Shown: positions 26,181-40,468, counted from the stretch's first letter. The stretch is 64,000 nt of DNA from Chiloscyllium plagiosum (GCF_004010195.1 NC_057750.1:10923081-10987080), one strand, 5' to 3'. The notes: generated by a model from the sequence alone, not told the origin. A program made the numbers and translations.

Positions 26181-27488
26181 CCACCTTCACTCCACATTTA
26201 AAGAAAGAATCCACATTTCCATAGCTTTCTCCATGACTATAGGGCATTCTAAAACCTTCCCAGCCAAATAAGTTACTTTCACTGTTGCAATGCAGGAGAT
26301 GCGGCAGCTACTTTGTGCATAGCAAGATACCCAAAGATCATATGACAATGAAAGTTATCATCCTCACAAATACAAACGTGGGGAAATCCTGCTGCAGCTA
26401 CCATCACACACAGCTTGGCCGCATGTAGTTCAAGGGCAGAAGCAAGAAAATTTAAATCCAATTGGGTTCCATCAAGACAGGTACAGTATGGGTTAGATAC
26501 TCAGAGTAAAGTTCCTCTCTGGTGCTAAGGGCATACTTTTCAGTGGTAAACTGTGATCTCGTGGGAGACCTGATTTGGGTTGATCAATCCTTTGCATTTC
26601 TTTCAAAATAATTTCCAAAGCAGCTGGAGACACTACTGTGATCAGCAGGTAAGTTGTTGGGACTGGTCAATAGTAATCTTCACCCTGCTCAGTCCTTGGA
26701 AGAGGACATTTGTTTCCCAAATTATAATAATCTCTATTAATCCCAAACCCCACAGAGGCCACGTGTTTTATGCATTCACTCATTGATAGGGGAATTGAGG
26801 AACATTTATCGGCCCTACTCATGTTGAAGACCAGTTAACATTAGAAGCACAAACTGCCCCACTTGCAGCTTCACCAGTTTCAATAAGATCTACTGTTGCA
26901 TCTTCCCTGTCCCATACAGTCGTGTTATCCTGGGCAATACGATTTGGATCCCAAGGGACAGAGTGCCCCAGACAATGCTTATCCTGGGCATCCTATACCC
27001 AGTGAGTGTGAGTGCTCCAGCCAACTCAGTGCGTCAGGGAGAGAGAGTGCCCTGGGGGCAAGCTGGGTGCCAGGGTGAGACAATGCCAAAGGGAACCCCT
27101 ACCCTTGGGAGAGACGTCACCCAGACAGCCTGCACCTTGGGGGATAGCGAGTACCCAAGGCAAGCTGTACCATGAGGAGAGACAGTGCCCCAGGGAGAGT
27201 GGACATCCCAATTGCCTATCCCCTGAAGACAGTTAGTACCATCAGGGTGGAAAGAGAAAACTGGCACAGGACTGCATTTCTATTACTGAGATACAGAAGG
27301 CAGGAACAACCAAACAAACACCCTTTAAATCTCACAAGAAAGCAGTGATTCCAGGGCTGGCACTTTGACCAGATTTGCCAATGACTGCAATGGGTTTTCA
27401 TTTGTTGAAACCATTATTTCTCAGATCTGAAGAGAATGGAAATTGTAAAACTAGCATGAAACAAAACTGTAATTCTTCACCATTAAAC

Positions 27489-27494
27489 TTTATT
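27489..27494 (-). terminator. Candidate polyadenylation signal for EXOSC5
   Basis: TTTATT on + (AATAAA on -), ~310 nt beyond the EXOSC5 stop. Confidence 0.55.
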
Positions 27495-27801
27495 TTTTAA
27501 AAAAAGTTCGTTCTTCCTGACTCCCAGATACATGCTTTGCAAGTGTTCAAAGTACAGTGCCAAAGTAATGTGCCAAAGTGCTGAAACAGCTCAGAGTTAC
27601 TGTTTCTTTCAGACCAGCTCAGAATACCCACAGCTATCCACAGGATTGATCATCGAGGGCTCAGTGATCATGGAAGGCTCAGGACCAGGATATAAACAGA
27701 ATATTCACTGCTCTCCATCAGAGACTGTCCATTGGCTTCATTCTGAACTTGATGGCTCTTGGCTTTCCTGAAGGCCCTTAAGCACTCTACTGCTCCCATC
27801 T

Positions 27802-27900
27802 CTAGTCACTCATTTTCGAGTATTTCCTGCTCACCGAATCCCTGTAGAATTGGAAGATTTTCTCTGCAGCTTTCTGGCACATTGCGACACACTGTTGGAG
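27802..27900 (-). CDS. EXOSC5: EXOSC5 (Rrp46) coding exon 6
   Basis: ctctcttacatag|LQQCVAMCQKAAEKIFQFYRDSVSRKYSKMSD*, matching the human C-terminus [30 protein letters not shown]. Confidence 0.93.
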   Translation of the reverse strand, partial: LQQCVAMCQKAAEKIFQFYRDSVSRKYSKMSD

Positions 27901-30900
27901 CTATGTAAGAGAGATAAGCGCATTAGCAATATCATGGAGATGGCCTTTTCCCTCCTCTTCCTAACAGAACTCCAGCCAGAAGGATAGGCCTCTGTAAAAT
28001 CTTAACATTGAAAAAGGAAACTGTACAAATATAAAACATCAGCAGTATAAGAGACATGTTTGGGATGATTAGTAAATTGTACAGAGAGGAATGGGAAGGC
28101 AGGGGACTGACTAAACTACACCTATTATCCAGAATTTACAGCACAGAAATAAGCTGTTCATCACAACACCTATACATACCCTATCTCTGAAACCATGTCC
28201 AGTTCTAAAACTGATATTCCTTATAACTGGCCAAGTGCCTCCAAGTTACTGGATGTGCGGCTGTACAAAAAGGTTTGAAGGTTCATATACTTTAATGAGT
28301 GGACTTACTAACAAAAAATATTAGAAGGAATGTTACCACTGTGGCCGGACAGACCACCCGAAATAATGAACTTATGATGGACAATAATAAACTTACCATG
28401 GAGTTACAAAAGAATGGACAATAATTAAAGTAGGTTGGGAAATGGAAACCAACCTCGACTAAAGTGACTGTATCAATCCCCATGCTGCAGAATCCAGACA
28501 ATCTGCAGTTGCCCATAGACGGTTTGCAAACAAACCCAACAGCTGCAGACTCTGCAATAATACACACCTGAAGATGGACTTAAATGGGACAAAAGAATGT
28601 CGCCCTCGGGACAATTAGGAGCAGTGAGTCATTCCTTAGACACGGAGGCGCCCAGCACCTTTATTTGGAGGAGGCTACGTGCACCCTGCACCTACCATAA
28701 TGGACACCTAAGGGTCACCCTGCCAACAATGAGCCAACACCTGTTTGGGTCTGATTGATCAAGGTAATCGAACCTGATCAATCCATTGGCAGATTCTCAC
28801 GATCCTCCAAAAAGGGCGCGAAGACTCGGAAGGATAACAATCACATCATCACATGGAGTCCGGCCATGTTCTCATGTGGTGGTACACGATTGCACAAAAT
28901 TAAGTTAAAGCATTTAACTTAGTATTGTAGTATTTTTCATTAGTTTATAGTATACTTTATTGCTCTAATATTAAGTGTGTTCAAATACCAAATATTATTG
29001 TTGATAAGAGTCGACTCACAATTCTATTGCTGAACATAAGAATTTAAGCACACCGTGTGGCAGGTCCAACACCTCCAACTCTGAGATCAGTGCACACCTC
29101 CAATTTTGATCTCTTGCACTTTCTTGACTTTAGATTATCATGGAAAGTCTATGTCATCAGCTGCCAATCCCCCAAGATTGCTTTCCCAAAATCTTGCCAG
29201 CTCTTTCTTAAATTTAGATGCTCTTTAACCAAACTTCTGAGTCACCTCGACATCACTCAGCATCGAATGTTGTTTGGAAACACTGCTGCACAGACCATGA
29301 GATGTCTGACTACATTTGAAACTCATTACAAATATAAGCAATCATTTGTTGTTGCTAGAGTTAATGCTCCCTATGACCCTTCCTGTCCTTCCATCATCTA
29401 ATTCCATCAACAAAATTTTCAATTACTTTCTCACTTGTGTATATTGAGATTTCATTTACATGCAGCTATGTCATTTGCCCCAAACACTCCATGTTCCTTC
29501 AATTTGCACATTCTGACCATTCTCTAAGGAAATACATTTCTCCACATCTCTTTATCAAAATTATTAGTGACTATTTTATAACTATGTCCCCTACATTGTG
29601 GATTCTTGAGAATTGGAAACAGCTTATTTACATCCATTTTATCGAACCAATCAGAATTATCAAGATTTCTATTAAAAGTCACCCTTTGTCATTTCTTTGT
29701 TAAAAAAAAGAAAATAGAGAAGTAATCAGTTCAATATTCCCAGACAGTTACAACTTCAGAGTTTTGGTAACATCCTTTTGCACATTCAACAGGAGGATGC
29801 ACACTTCCAGCTGTGCACTGAGAGTGTAGTTCACCAAGCATGCAAGTTTCCAGCCATTTCGAGTCACACCTCAGACTATGTCTTTTCTGAGAAAGTGGCT
29901 AAAGAATGAGAAAGTTCACAGAGGTCAGACAGCAATGAACCTGTTGATGAAACCACATCTGTTGATGAAACCACATGCCACACAGCCTGTTCACAGCAGG
30001 CGACAGACTGCTTCACTCTGCCCAACATCAAACAGGAGGTGCATAGAATTCTACCCCACAGTACTTTATAAGTAATCAGTTTGCAATTCAAACTACATAC
30101 TTGCAGATTATTAAGGGGTAATTAGAACTGACAGATTCTGGATGCAGAGAGGCTTTCATTACAATGAGTCATAGAGATGTACAGCATGGAAACAGACCCT
30201 TTGGTCCAACCTGTCCATGGCGACCAGATATCCCAACCCAATCTAGTCCCAGCACCCAGCCCATATCCCTCCAAACCCTTCCTATTCATATATCCATCCA
30301 AATGCCTCTTAAATGTTGAAAATGTTCCAGCCTCCACTACTTCCTCTGGCAGCTCATTCTATACACGTACCACCTTCTGCATGAAAAAGATGAAAACAGC
30401 CCCAGCCTGTTCAGCCTCTCCTTATAACTCAAATCCTCCAACCCTGGCAACATCCTTGTAAATCTTTTCTGAACGGAAACACCAAAACCGAGAGACTATT
30501 TGGACAATGAGCAACATTATTATCCTATGGGTGAAGGCAGTGTTGAGTCACACTGACCTAGCAAGATGCTAGGTACCATCCCTGGCCTGTACTCCGTTGG
30601 TGAGCATCAGCTACACGAGGAAACAAGGTCATTACAAACAGCCCCAGCTAATTTAAGTTTCAGTTGGGGCTAAGTAGGTATCACGCTCACTTTGGAGTCA
30701 GATTGGGTTCTAATTGTAGTTCAGGGACTGCAGTATAATATCTCCTGATGGAATGCTGCATTGCGGGAGGTGCCAACTTATAAATGAGACATCACTAACC
30801 AGAATGGTATAGTACCTCAACAACAGGACAAGTGTTCAATTTGATGTTATATCTCTTAATTTTTAATTGGGCAATTTATATTCAACAAGAGGATAGTGGA

Positions 30901-31224
30901 AAGACTGTAGATGAAAAGAAATAATCAAAGCCCAGTTCTCTAACAGAACTAATTTGCATTGAAGTGCCAATTACAGCAAGGCACCCGTTGTACAATCTAA
31001 TTAACAGATTTTCATCACTAGCTAGTGGCCAGAGTGGGATAGGCTGACAATAGACTTCAGTATCCAACACAAGTGCTTACTTAGCTTTTCAAATTCTGTT
31101 TTAACCCTTCAAACAGGGTGTGCACAGTATAATCTGCATTGTCAGTGCCCTGCCTACCTCACAACGGCACACTGCAACCAGCACTGTCTTCACATGGCCT
31201 TCTCTGTCTGACAAGCTACTTACT

Positions 31225-31506
31225 GGGGCAGCATGGTGGCTCAGTGGTTAGCACTGCTGCCTCACAGCACCAGGGTCCCAGGTTCGATTCCAGCCTCGGG
31301 TGACTGTCTGTGTGGAGTTTGCACATTCTCCCTGTGGATGCGTGGGTTTCCTCCCACAGTCCAAAGATGTGCAGGTCAGGTAAATTGTCCATAGTGTCAG
31401 GTTCATTAGTCAGAGGGAAACGGGTCTGGGTGGGTTACTCTTCGGAAGGTCAGTGTGGACTGGTTGGGCCCAAGGGCCTGTTTTCACACTGTAGGGAATC
31501 TAATCA
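31225..31506 (+). mobile_element. tRNA-derived SINE (HE1/V-SINE type)
   Basis: A box TGGCTCAGTGG (31237-31247), B box GGTTCGATTCC (31281-31291), tail GTAGGGAATCTAATC. Confidence 0.9.
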
Positions 31507-31565
31507 TACGTAAGAACATGTGATTTGGAAGCAATGGAGCCTGCACAATTTCCAATACAACCATG

Positions 31566-31984
31566 ATGTGGAGGTGCTGGACTGGGTGAACAAATTTAAA
31601 AATCACACAACACCAAGTTATAATCCAACAAGTTTAATTGGGAGTAATAGCTTCTGGAGCACTGCTCCTTCATCAGATAGCTGTGGAGCAGGATCATAAG
31701 ACCTAGAACTAAATTATCTCGGGAATGTGATTTGAAAGAAGTTCTGAGATTTACATATTAATGAACCAAAATCTGCAACCCATTCTAAAAGATGAACGAC
31801 TTAACAGCAATTTAGGTTTGTTCAATATATTGTATCAGTTGAATGCATGACAGTGATCTTTTGCTATAAATTCTGTGTCTGATGATCCTGCTCCACAGCT
31901 ACTGATGAAGGAGCAGCACTCTGAAAGCTAGTGCTTCCAAATAAACCTGTTGGACTATAACCTAGTTGTGAGTGATTTTTAACT
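31566..31984. mobile_element. Inverted-repeat Penelope-derived insert (family B) with one hammerhead on each strand
   Basis: Plus: CTGATGA-A-GGAGC-AGC-ACTCT-GAAAGCTA-GTG (31902-31933). Minus: CTGATGA at 31676-31670, then A-GGAGC-AGT-GCTCC-AGAAGCTA. TSD CAATA(C/A)AACCATG at 31553-31565 and 31985-31997. Confidence 0.75.
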
Positions 31985-31999
31985 CAATAAAACCATGGC

Positions 32000-34500
32000 T
32001 GTACTGATTTCTTCACATTCCTGTCTATCCTCAATCATCTTTCATGTTTTGCTTACAACGAATCTATCCACCTCTGCCTTAAAAACATTCAAAGACTCTA
32101 CTTCCACCACCTCAAGGAAGACAGTTCCAAATACTTGCGACCCTCAGAGAAAATTAAAATCTTCACGTCTTAAATGTGTGACCTGTTATTTTTAAAATAA
32201 TGAGCCCTCGTTCTCGGTTCTTCCACAAGACAAAGCACTCTTTTGACATCCACTCTGTCAAGACTCCCCAAACATCACAAGACAACTCGCCCAATCCAGA
32301 TTTTAGTTGAGTAAACCTTTTCTAAACTTTAAATTTACATCCATGTTTAGGAAAGACTAATACTGTACACACTACTCCAGAAGTACTATACAACCACCCT
32401 ACTTTTGTATTCAATTCCACTTGCAATAAACTATAACATTTATATTCACTTCTCAAATTACTTGCTGTACCTGCATAGGAACCTTTTGCAATTCATGCAC
32501 TAGACACCCAGATTCCTCTGCTTTCTCAGAACTCTAATCTCATAATATTTCAGACTGATCTGACATCCCTCATGTCCACTTTCCTGCGTTTTCCCATAAC
32601 GCTCGATTCCCCTATTTGTGAGGAATCTATTAAATATACACAAGGTACCTGCTGTCACAGTTCTCTGTGGAAAGCAATTCCAAAGACACTCAATCCTTGA
32701 AGAGAAGAAATTCCTCCTTATCTCGGTCTTAAATTGGTGCCCATTTATGGAGACTATGCCACCAGACTGTCCCATGAAGGAAACATCTCTCAGCATTTAC
32801 CCTGTCAAGTCCTTTAAAAATCCAATATGTTTCAATGAGACCATCTCTCATTCTTCTAAACGCCAGTGAATAGAGACCCAACCTACTTAGCCTTTGCTCA
32901 TAAGGCAATCCTACATGGGATCATCATAGTGAACCTTCTCTGAACTGTTTCCAATGAAATAACACAGTTCTCTAAATAAGGGAACCAAAGCTGCTCACAT
33001 TATTCCAGATATGTTCTCATCAGCACCTGTACAGTTGCAGTAAAACTTCACTACTCTTATAATCCAAACCTGTTGAAATAAGGGCCAACATTCCTGATTA
33101 CCTGCTGCACCAGTAAACTAGCTTTCTGTTATTCATGCACAAGTTCTCCAAGTCCCTTTGTGCTGCAGCTTTCTGCAGATTTTCGCTGTTTAAATAATAG
33201 TTTGTTTGTTCTCCCTTCCAAAATGAACTTCATGTTTTCCTACATTATACTGTTTGCCAACTTTCTGCCTACTTACTTTTCAATCAATATCTCTGTAGAC
33301 TGCTTGTATCCATCTTACAGCTTGCCTTTCCATCTATTTTTATGTCATGTACAAATGTGATTAAAGTACATTCATTTCTTTCCTCCAAGTCACTAATACT
33401 TATTGTAAATGGTTGTAACCCCAGCACTGATCCCTGTGTAATCCCACCGGTTACAGGTGGCCAACCTGAAAAAGAATTCCTTATTCCTACTCACTGTTTC
33501 CTGTTCATTAGCTAATTTTCTATTCACCACACACTATTTCAAAAAATATGCTTACCATCTTTTCTTGCTACCAAAAGTGGAAAATCTGCTATCACCTTAT
33601 TTTCTGTAGGACCAATGCTCGCTTTGTTAAACTCTTATAAATCTTTATAGAAACTGGTTTCAAATTTTAGTTAGCTTTCTCTCCTACTCTAATTTAACCC
33701 TTCTTTTCATCTCTTGATCACTCTTTGCTGTTGTATTTTCTGTCCAATCTCTGACCTCCAACCCACACCTGCACCATTATACACATTCTCTTTAAATCTG
33801 ATATAAGCTGTAACACTTTTAGTTAACCACAGAATGTGAAACCTCCGATAGAATTTTTCTTTCTTGTTGAAATGTAACTATTCTATGTATTCCAAAATAT
33901 CTGCCATTGCATCTCTATCCCTTAACCCCTAGTTGCCAGTTCATTTTAGTTCCCTCCGCACTACTGGCCTCATAATTGGCCTTTAGTCAACTTTAAAACA
34001 CCAGACTTGGATCCACTTGTCTCCTTCAAAATGAAAGGAAAATCTAATTATATTCATTGCTACCTTGGAGGTCATTTCACTATAGAAGTCCTAATTAATT
34101 CGACTGCACTTCTTAATACCAGATCTAGTGTAGCCTGCTCTCTGGTTGACTCCAGAGTATGACATACCAAGAGCTATCTCAAAAACATTCTTGATTTACC
34201 CAGGCTACTTTGGCCCATCTGATTTTTCAGTCTTTATGTCGATTAAATCCACATGCGATACCTTTCTAATAAGCTCCCATGGTTTCTTCTTTTATGCTTT
34301 GGTTGTGTGGTTACTATTAGGAGGTCTGTGTCCCGCAAGACACTTCTTGCCTTTGTCTTTTCTCACATCTCAACCTAAATCACTTATACATCCTCATTTC
34401 CTGAATCTGGGTCATGCCTCTCTATTGTGTTCATGTCATCATTAATTAACAGAACCACCCCTCCAACTTCTCCTAGCTTCCTGTACTTTCTAAATGACAT
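32000..34500 (-). mobile_element. Old, degenerate CR1 LINE fragments
   Basis: FKTEIRRNFFS and related CR1 motifs; heavily decayed. Confidence 0.6.
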
Positions 34501-36111
34501 ATGCCTTTCATCTTGCAGCTATTTCACTATGCGACAACTGATGAAATTCAGTGACAATCTGGCTCTGAGCCACTGAAGAAGGATGGGTGAGAGGACCAGG
34601 TTTGACCCCTTTCCCACTGACTTCAATCCTGTGCTACATGCTCAACTGTCAACCTCGGTCACTGCGGTAACAAGATTGCTTACATTGGTCTACATTTCCT
34701 GGGCTACAACAACTCAGTAACCCACCCCCTTCAAAATAAACTCAGACAAGGCTCTGCTCTTGATCGCTACCCAGAACATCTCACTGGTGGGTGTCCACAC
34801 GTGTCCTTGAATGCAGAGTGGAGCACAGCTACATTGTTGCCATAATTGGCTGTGACACTTCCAAGGTGGAGACATTAAGAATTAGCATGGGAGAAGCAGG
34901 GGAAAGTGCTCATTGGAATTGTAAAACTGAAAGACACAGTTGTGAAGAAAAGGGGGAAAACATGGAGATTTAGCCTAGCTCTCAAAATTATATTTCTCCA
35001 GTGGCTGCTCGTGGAGCATTCTCTGGAACAGAGTGGTGTTTCATCTGGTCTACCCTTTAATCTGTGGTTCTTGCATGCACCCAAGGGCAAATAGTCAAAA
35101 GACATATAATAAGCACGCAATATTGGAAACAGTTAACCCAAACCACCCGTGCTCCAAGTCTCATTCCCAATCTCTCTTCACTGGGGAATAACAGAAATTG
35201 ATATCGTTAGATGAGGTAGGATGGGATGAGGTTTGAATAAAGCAAAAGGTAACAAAATGGACATGCTTGGCTAATGGTTTATTCCTGTGCTGCACAATCT
35301 ATGTAAGTCTTCATATAATGGATCAAAGGATCCACATGTGGAAGTTCTTTTTAATATAGAGATATTAACAGAGAGTAAGCACCTAAAGACACTCAAACTT
35401 GTTAAGCAGAAAATTTCAGAATTTGGGCTCTGTAATAATTAAAGAATGGTAATAGAAGTCCAAACCGAGTTGATATATTATTTGAAGGCTGTGGTGTTTC
35501 CATGTGCCTGTCCTTCCAGATTCAGGTGGTTATGGATTTGGTGCTGTTAAAGATGCCTCGGTGAGTTGTTACATTGCATCCTGTATAGTGTACACAGTGA
35601 AACTGAGGTGTGCGGGTGGTGGAGAGAGTCACAGTTAAAGGTGGTGGACTGGGTCTTAACAAGTCAGCTGTTGTGTCCTCAATGGTGTCCAACTTCTTGA
35701 GTGTTATGAAGCTGCCCTCCTAGTCATGGCTGGATGCACTTTTGGAAAGCATGAGATGGTAACCTACTTATCACCGGATCTCAGACCTGGAGGACACTGC
35801 TGAAACCTGTCAATCCCTCTTAACTTCTTGTTATCTGATTTGCTGTAATTGCCAAAACTTGTGAGCTGTAATCTATATCACTGAAGTTGATGCATGTGAG
35901 GTACAGCCTGAAATGCAATAGATAAACTAACACAAAATCCATGCAGGTCACTGAACATGAAATATATATAGCTCTGCCCTTTCATTACATGGAGCCATAA
36001 CCCTCTTGTATCATGTCATTCAGCTGTGATAGGAATGTGTAGCTGGCATCAGGATTTGACAGAACCTTGTGGAAAGAAACAAAGGCTGCGATAACTTTCC
36101 CTAAAGCTTAC

Positions 36112-36201
36112 CTCTTCAACAGAGTATAACCCTTTTGTGGACGACATCAGCAATTGCTTCTCAACACTGTCGATGGAAAATGTCAGAACAGCAGCAGCCT
36201 C
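36112..36201 (-). CDS. EXOSC5: EXOSC5 coding exon 5 (90 nt)
   Basis: tttcag|[30 protein letters not shown]|gtaagc. Confidence 0.95.
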
Positions 36202-37174
36202 CTGAAACCAACATGCAATTAGACAGGGAGTTTTCAGCACAGTGAAGCTAGCAGCAGTTTCATATAGGATTAACAGCTTTCAATAATGCTCGTCAAACCA
36301 GCCACAACTGACTCCTCACATGTAACCTTTCACACGTCAGCTTGGTTCAGTTGGCAGCAATGTTGCCCAGATCAGAGGATATGGCTTTGGATTCCACCAG
36401 TGCTTCCTGTAAGCTGAGTGGGTGCACAACTGCACAGAACTCACTGTGCAACACAGTAAGTTAGGCCAGGCACAACCAAAACTCCCTTTAAGGTACACAT
36501 GGGCAACCATGCAGCAATATTTAAGGGACAATGCACTGCAACAAATAAGCCACACAAAGGAAAACTGGTGGTACATAACATTACTTCTAAGCTGCACACT
36601 TATACAGCCACACAGCAATGAAAAGTACAGTGCAGACACTGGTCATAAAATATGGATGTGCTCAAGTGTTCAAAAAAATTCAAAACATCACACATTGTCA
36701 TGAACATATCATGTAAAAACAAAACAAAATTGGGAAGTTTTTTTGGGGGGGGGGGGGATATGATTGAGCACATAGACTTAAGCTAGTAAGTTAACTGACA
36801 CTTAAATGTGGTACTGAAGGAGTGTGCATTGTCAGGAGGTAGCATATTTCAGATGAAAACCAAGTTCCACAGAGGACCTGGGGCATGAACTGAAAGGGCC
36901 ATTCAGCCCAGTATTTCTCCTTGAGTCCAAATCTCGAGAAACAGACAGCCTGGCCTCTCATCCAGTTACAGACTGTGTGCAAATTGTGTTTGCTACATTA
37001 CAAAAGGAAATCATTCACTCTAAAAGCACTTTGAGATGCCCCGAGGAGGTGATATAAATGCAAATTCCTAAACACAATGTGGAGGCATCATTTTCCAATG
37101 CTTCAGAGGAGATATTTTTAATCAGGCTCATTGCCTGCTGAGATTTTACTGCCCTGGTGTTTCACACCACTAAC

Positions 37175-37315
37175 CTTCTCCATCTTTGATGTTGGATCTA
37201 AAAGGATATCTCCATTGGAGTCAATCACACACGTGACCCCGCAGAAAACACTTTTCATCGGCAGCCCAGCATCCATTAGTGCCATGCAGGCTGCATTCAG
37301 GCAGCAAGCCAATAG
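37175..37315 (-). CDS. EXOSC5: EXOSC5 coding exon 4 (141 nt)
   Basis: [47 protein letters not shown]|gttag; RNase PH-like domain. Confidence 0.95.
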
Positions 37316-37429
37316 CTATTCCAGTCAGTTAAGGATGTCCTCATGGAAGCTTCGAAATAAAAGTTCATGCAACACAGACTAGCAAACAGTCAGGGTAGGG
37401 GATAAAAGATATTTAAAGCATTCAAGAAC

Positions 37430-38945
37430 ATACAGTCATAGAAATATACAGCACGGCAACAGTCCCTTCGATCCAACTTGCCCATGCAAACCAGATATCT
37501 TAAATTAATCTAATCCCATTTAGAGTCATAGAGTCAGAAATGTACAGCACGGAAACAGACCCATCGGTCCACCTCGTCCATGCTGACCTGATATCCCAAC
37601 CCAATCTATTCCCACCCTGCCCATATCCCTCCAAAGCCTTCCTATATTCAGGTGACTTTTAAATGTTGCAATCGTACTAGCCTCCACCACTTCCTCTGGC
37701 AACTCATTCTATACAGGCACCACCCTCTGCGTGAAGATGTTGCCCCATAGGTCTCTTTTATATCTCTCCCCTCTCACTGTAAACCTATGCCCTCTCGTTC
37801 TGGACTCCCCAACCCCAGGGAAAAGACTTTGCCTATTTATCCTATCCATGCCCCTCACGATTTTGTAAACCGCTATAAGGCCACCCGTTAGTCTCCGACA
37901 CTTCAGGTAAAACAGCCCCAGCCTATTCAACCTTTCCCTATAGCTCAAATCCTCAAACCCTGGTAACATGCTTGTAAATCTTTTCTGAACGCTTTCAAGT
38001 TTCACAACATCCTTCTGATAGGAAGGAGACCAGAATTGCACACAATGTTCCAAAAGTGGCCTAACCAATGTCCTGTACATCCACAACATGACCTCCCAAC
38101 TCCTGTACTCAATACTCTGACCAATAAATACCAAACACCTTCTTCACTATCCTATCTATCTGCGACTCCACTTTCAAGGAGCTATGAACCTGCACTCCAA
38201 GGTCTTTGTTCAGCAACATTTCCTAGGACTTTACTATTAAGTGTATAAGTCCTGCTAAGATTTGCTTTCCCAAAATGCAGCACCTTGCATTTATCTAAAT
38301 TAAACTCCATCTGCCACTCCTCAGCCCATTGTAATCTGAGGTAACGTTCTTTCAATACACCTCCAATTTTGGTGTCATCTGCAAACTTACTAACTGTACC
38401 TCTTATGCTCACATCCAAATCATTTATATAAATGATGAAAAGTAGTGGACCCAGCACCAATCCTTGTGGCACTCCAGTGGTCACAGGCCTCCAGTCTGAA
38501 AACAACCCTCCACTACTATCCTCGGTCTTCTACCTTCAAGCCAGTTCTGTATCTAAATGCCTAGTTTTGCCAGCATTTGGCCCTATCCCTTTAAACCTTT
38601 CCTACATATGTACCCATCCAGATGCCTTTTAAATGTTATAGTAGTAACTGTCTCCACCACCTATTGGCAGCTCATTCCAGACATATACCACCCTCTGCAT
38701 GAAAAAGTTGCCCTTCAGGTCTCCTTTATATCTTTCCCTTCTCACCTTAAATGTACATCCTTTACTATTGAACTCACCCCCACCCTGTGGAAAAGACCTT
38801 GGCTATCCACTCTATTCATGCCCCTCATGATTTTATAATCCTTTATAAGGTCAATCCTCAGCCTCTGACGCTCCAGGATAACCACAGCCAACTCAGCTTC
38901 TATTGATAGCTCAAACCCTCCAACCTTGGCAACATCCTTGTTGAG
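37430..38945 (-). mobile_element. Stacked CR1 LINE 3' fragments
   Basis: GVPQGLVLGP, KFADDTK, LVRPLLEHCVQFWSP; several tails. Confidence 0.88.
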
Positions 38946-40260
38946 ATCAATTTCCATTTTCACTATGGGCATCCTTTCCACCTTACACCACCAAAACTGG
39001 GCCACAGTGGATGTTTAACACCTTTCTCACACATCAAACGTGGCAAGCTGCAAAATTAAAGCTGTGCCAAAGCACCAGCCATGTTTCAGTGGGCAGCATG
39101 CTCATCTACATTATAACATTGTGGGTTCAAGTCTCAATCTATAGTCACGAGACAAGAGCCCAGGGTGAAACTCCAGTGCAGTATTGAGAGAGCACAGCTC
39201 TGATAGAGGTGCTGGCATTCAGATGGGATGCCAGACCAAGGTCCTTTCTGTCATAAAAGACTCTACGTACTACATTGGCCTGAAGTTATGAGAAGTGCTA
39301 TACAAATGTAAGGTTTTTTGTTCAGATATTTTGTTTGCTTCAACCTGAAAATTTTGATGCAAAGAAACAATACAAGTCACAGATTCCCTGAGCAACTATG
39401 TCACAGCATCACTGACAGGCAATGCAACAGGTAATCTTGTCGATTCTGTGCATTAAGGTTTGACCGCTGGACCATTACAAAGTGTTTTGCAAGCAATTGC
39501 ATACTTTGACCTATAATTACCTATATTTAAGGCACATAACGTCCAATTTGTGCACAACTTCCCACAAACAGTGAAATGATAATGACCAGATAACCAATCC
39601 TATAAAGCTGATTGAAGGATAAATATCAAACAGGGAACCAGGGACAATTCCCAGCATACCCCCAAAACAGTGCCATTTCACATCCACCTGGTAGCCCTCA
39701 CCTGAAAGCCCTATCCAAAAAGGTGGCAACTCCAACAATGCAGCACTCAATCTGTATTGTGCCAGGGTATTGGCCTTGATTTTTGAGCTCACATCCTGAA
39801 GTGGGATTTGAACTCAAAACTTACCTCCTGACTCAGTGACAGGAGTGCTTCTCACGCAGCCACAGCAGATTACCTGTTGCTAACAATGGTTCATCCAATC
39901 CGAACCAGTTGGTGAAGAATGCATTACACCTGCTTCTTACCCAACATCTACCCACTCTCCCAGCAGTCTCACTTCACACATGTGTGAAGCACCTGATGCC
40001 TTTCATCTCTGTGTCTTAACAATTTAATTAAGATGTTATTAACAGGAACTAATGGCTCTAGTTGATGGCCTGTAACACTGCTTGAGGACACAATGACCAC
40101 ATTTCAAGCTTCTCAAACAGCGATCTAGCTATGTTAATCTTGTTGACTGCCTAAGTGTGAAAACTATCTTCAACCGACCTTGATTCAAACCCTTCCAAGA
40201 GGCCCACACCGCAGCTTATGGTTACATCTCCTGACCTGCAATTGGCACTTAACTGTACAT

Positions 40261-40468
40261 AGGCAAAAGTACATAAGCTGGAGGTTAGAGTCAAGAGTGC
40301 GGTGCTGGAAAAGCACAGCAGGTCAGGCTGCATCTGAGGAGCAGGAAAATCGACGTATCAGGCAAAAGCCCTTCCGACAGCCTGTTTTGAACTTTTGCCC
40401 AAAACGTCAATTTTCCTGCTCCTTGGATGCTGCCTGACTTGCTGTGCTTTTCCAGCACCACACTCTTG
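40261..40468. mobile_element. Fold-back Penelope-derived insert (family A) with 14-bp TSD
   Basis: ~80-bp inverted arms (~40290-40372 and ~40392-40470), each with a partial hammerhead (stem II plus mutated GAAACGTC). ACTTAACTGTACAT is duplicated at 40247-40260 and 40469-40482. Confidence 0.75.

Noticed and set aside
26880-27230. GC-rich block with several overlapping ORFs between TMEM91 and EXOSC5
   Set aside because: Looks like degenerate internal repeats (CAGTGCCC/GAGAG units); no protein similarity or coherent splice structure.
29941-29976. 18-bp tandem duplication containing TGATGA
   Set aside because: Only two units, no spacers, and no hammerhead or snoRNA architecture; simple slippage, not CRISPR-like.
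31225-31300. tRNA-like sequence with A and B boxes
   Set aside because: It continues into a SINE core and tail and is multi-copy, so it is a SINE head, not a tRNA gene.
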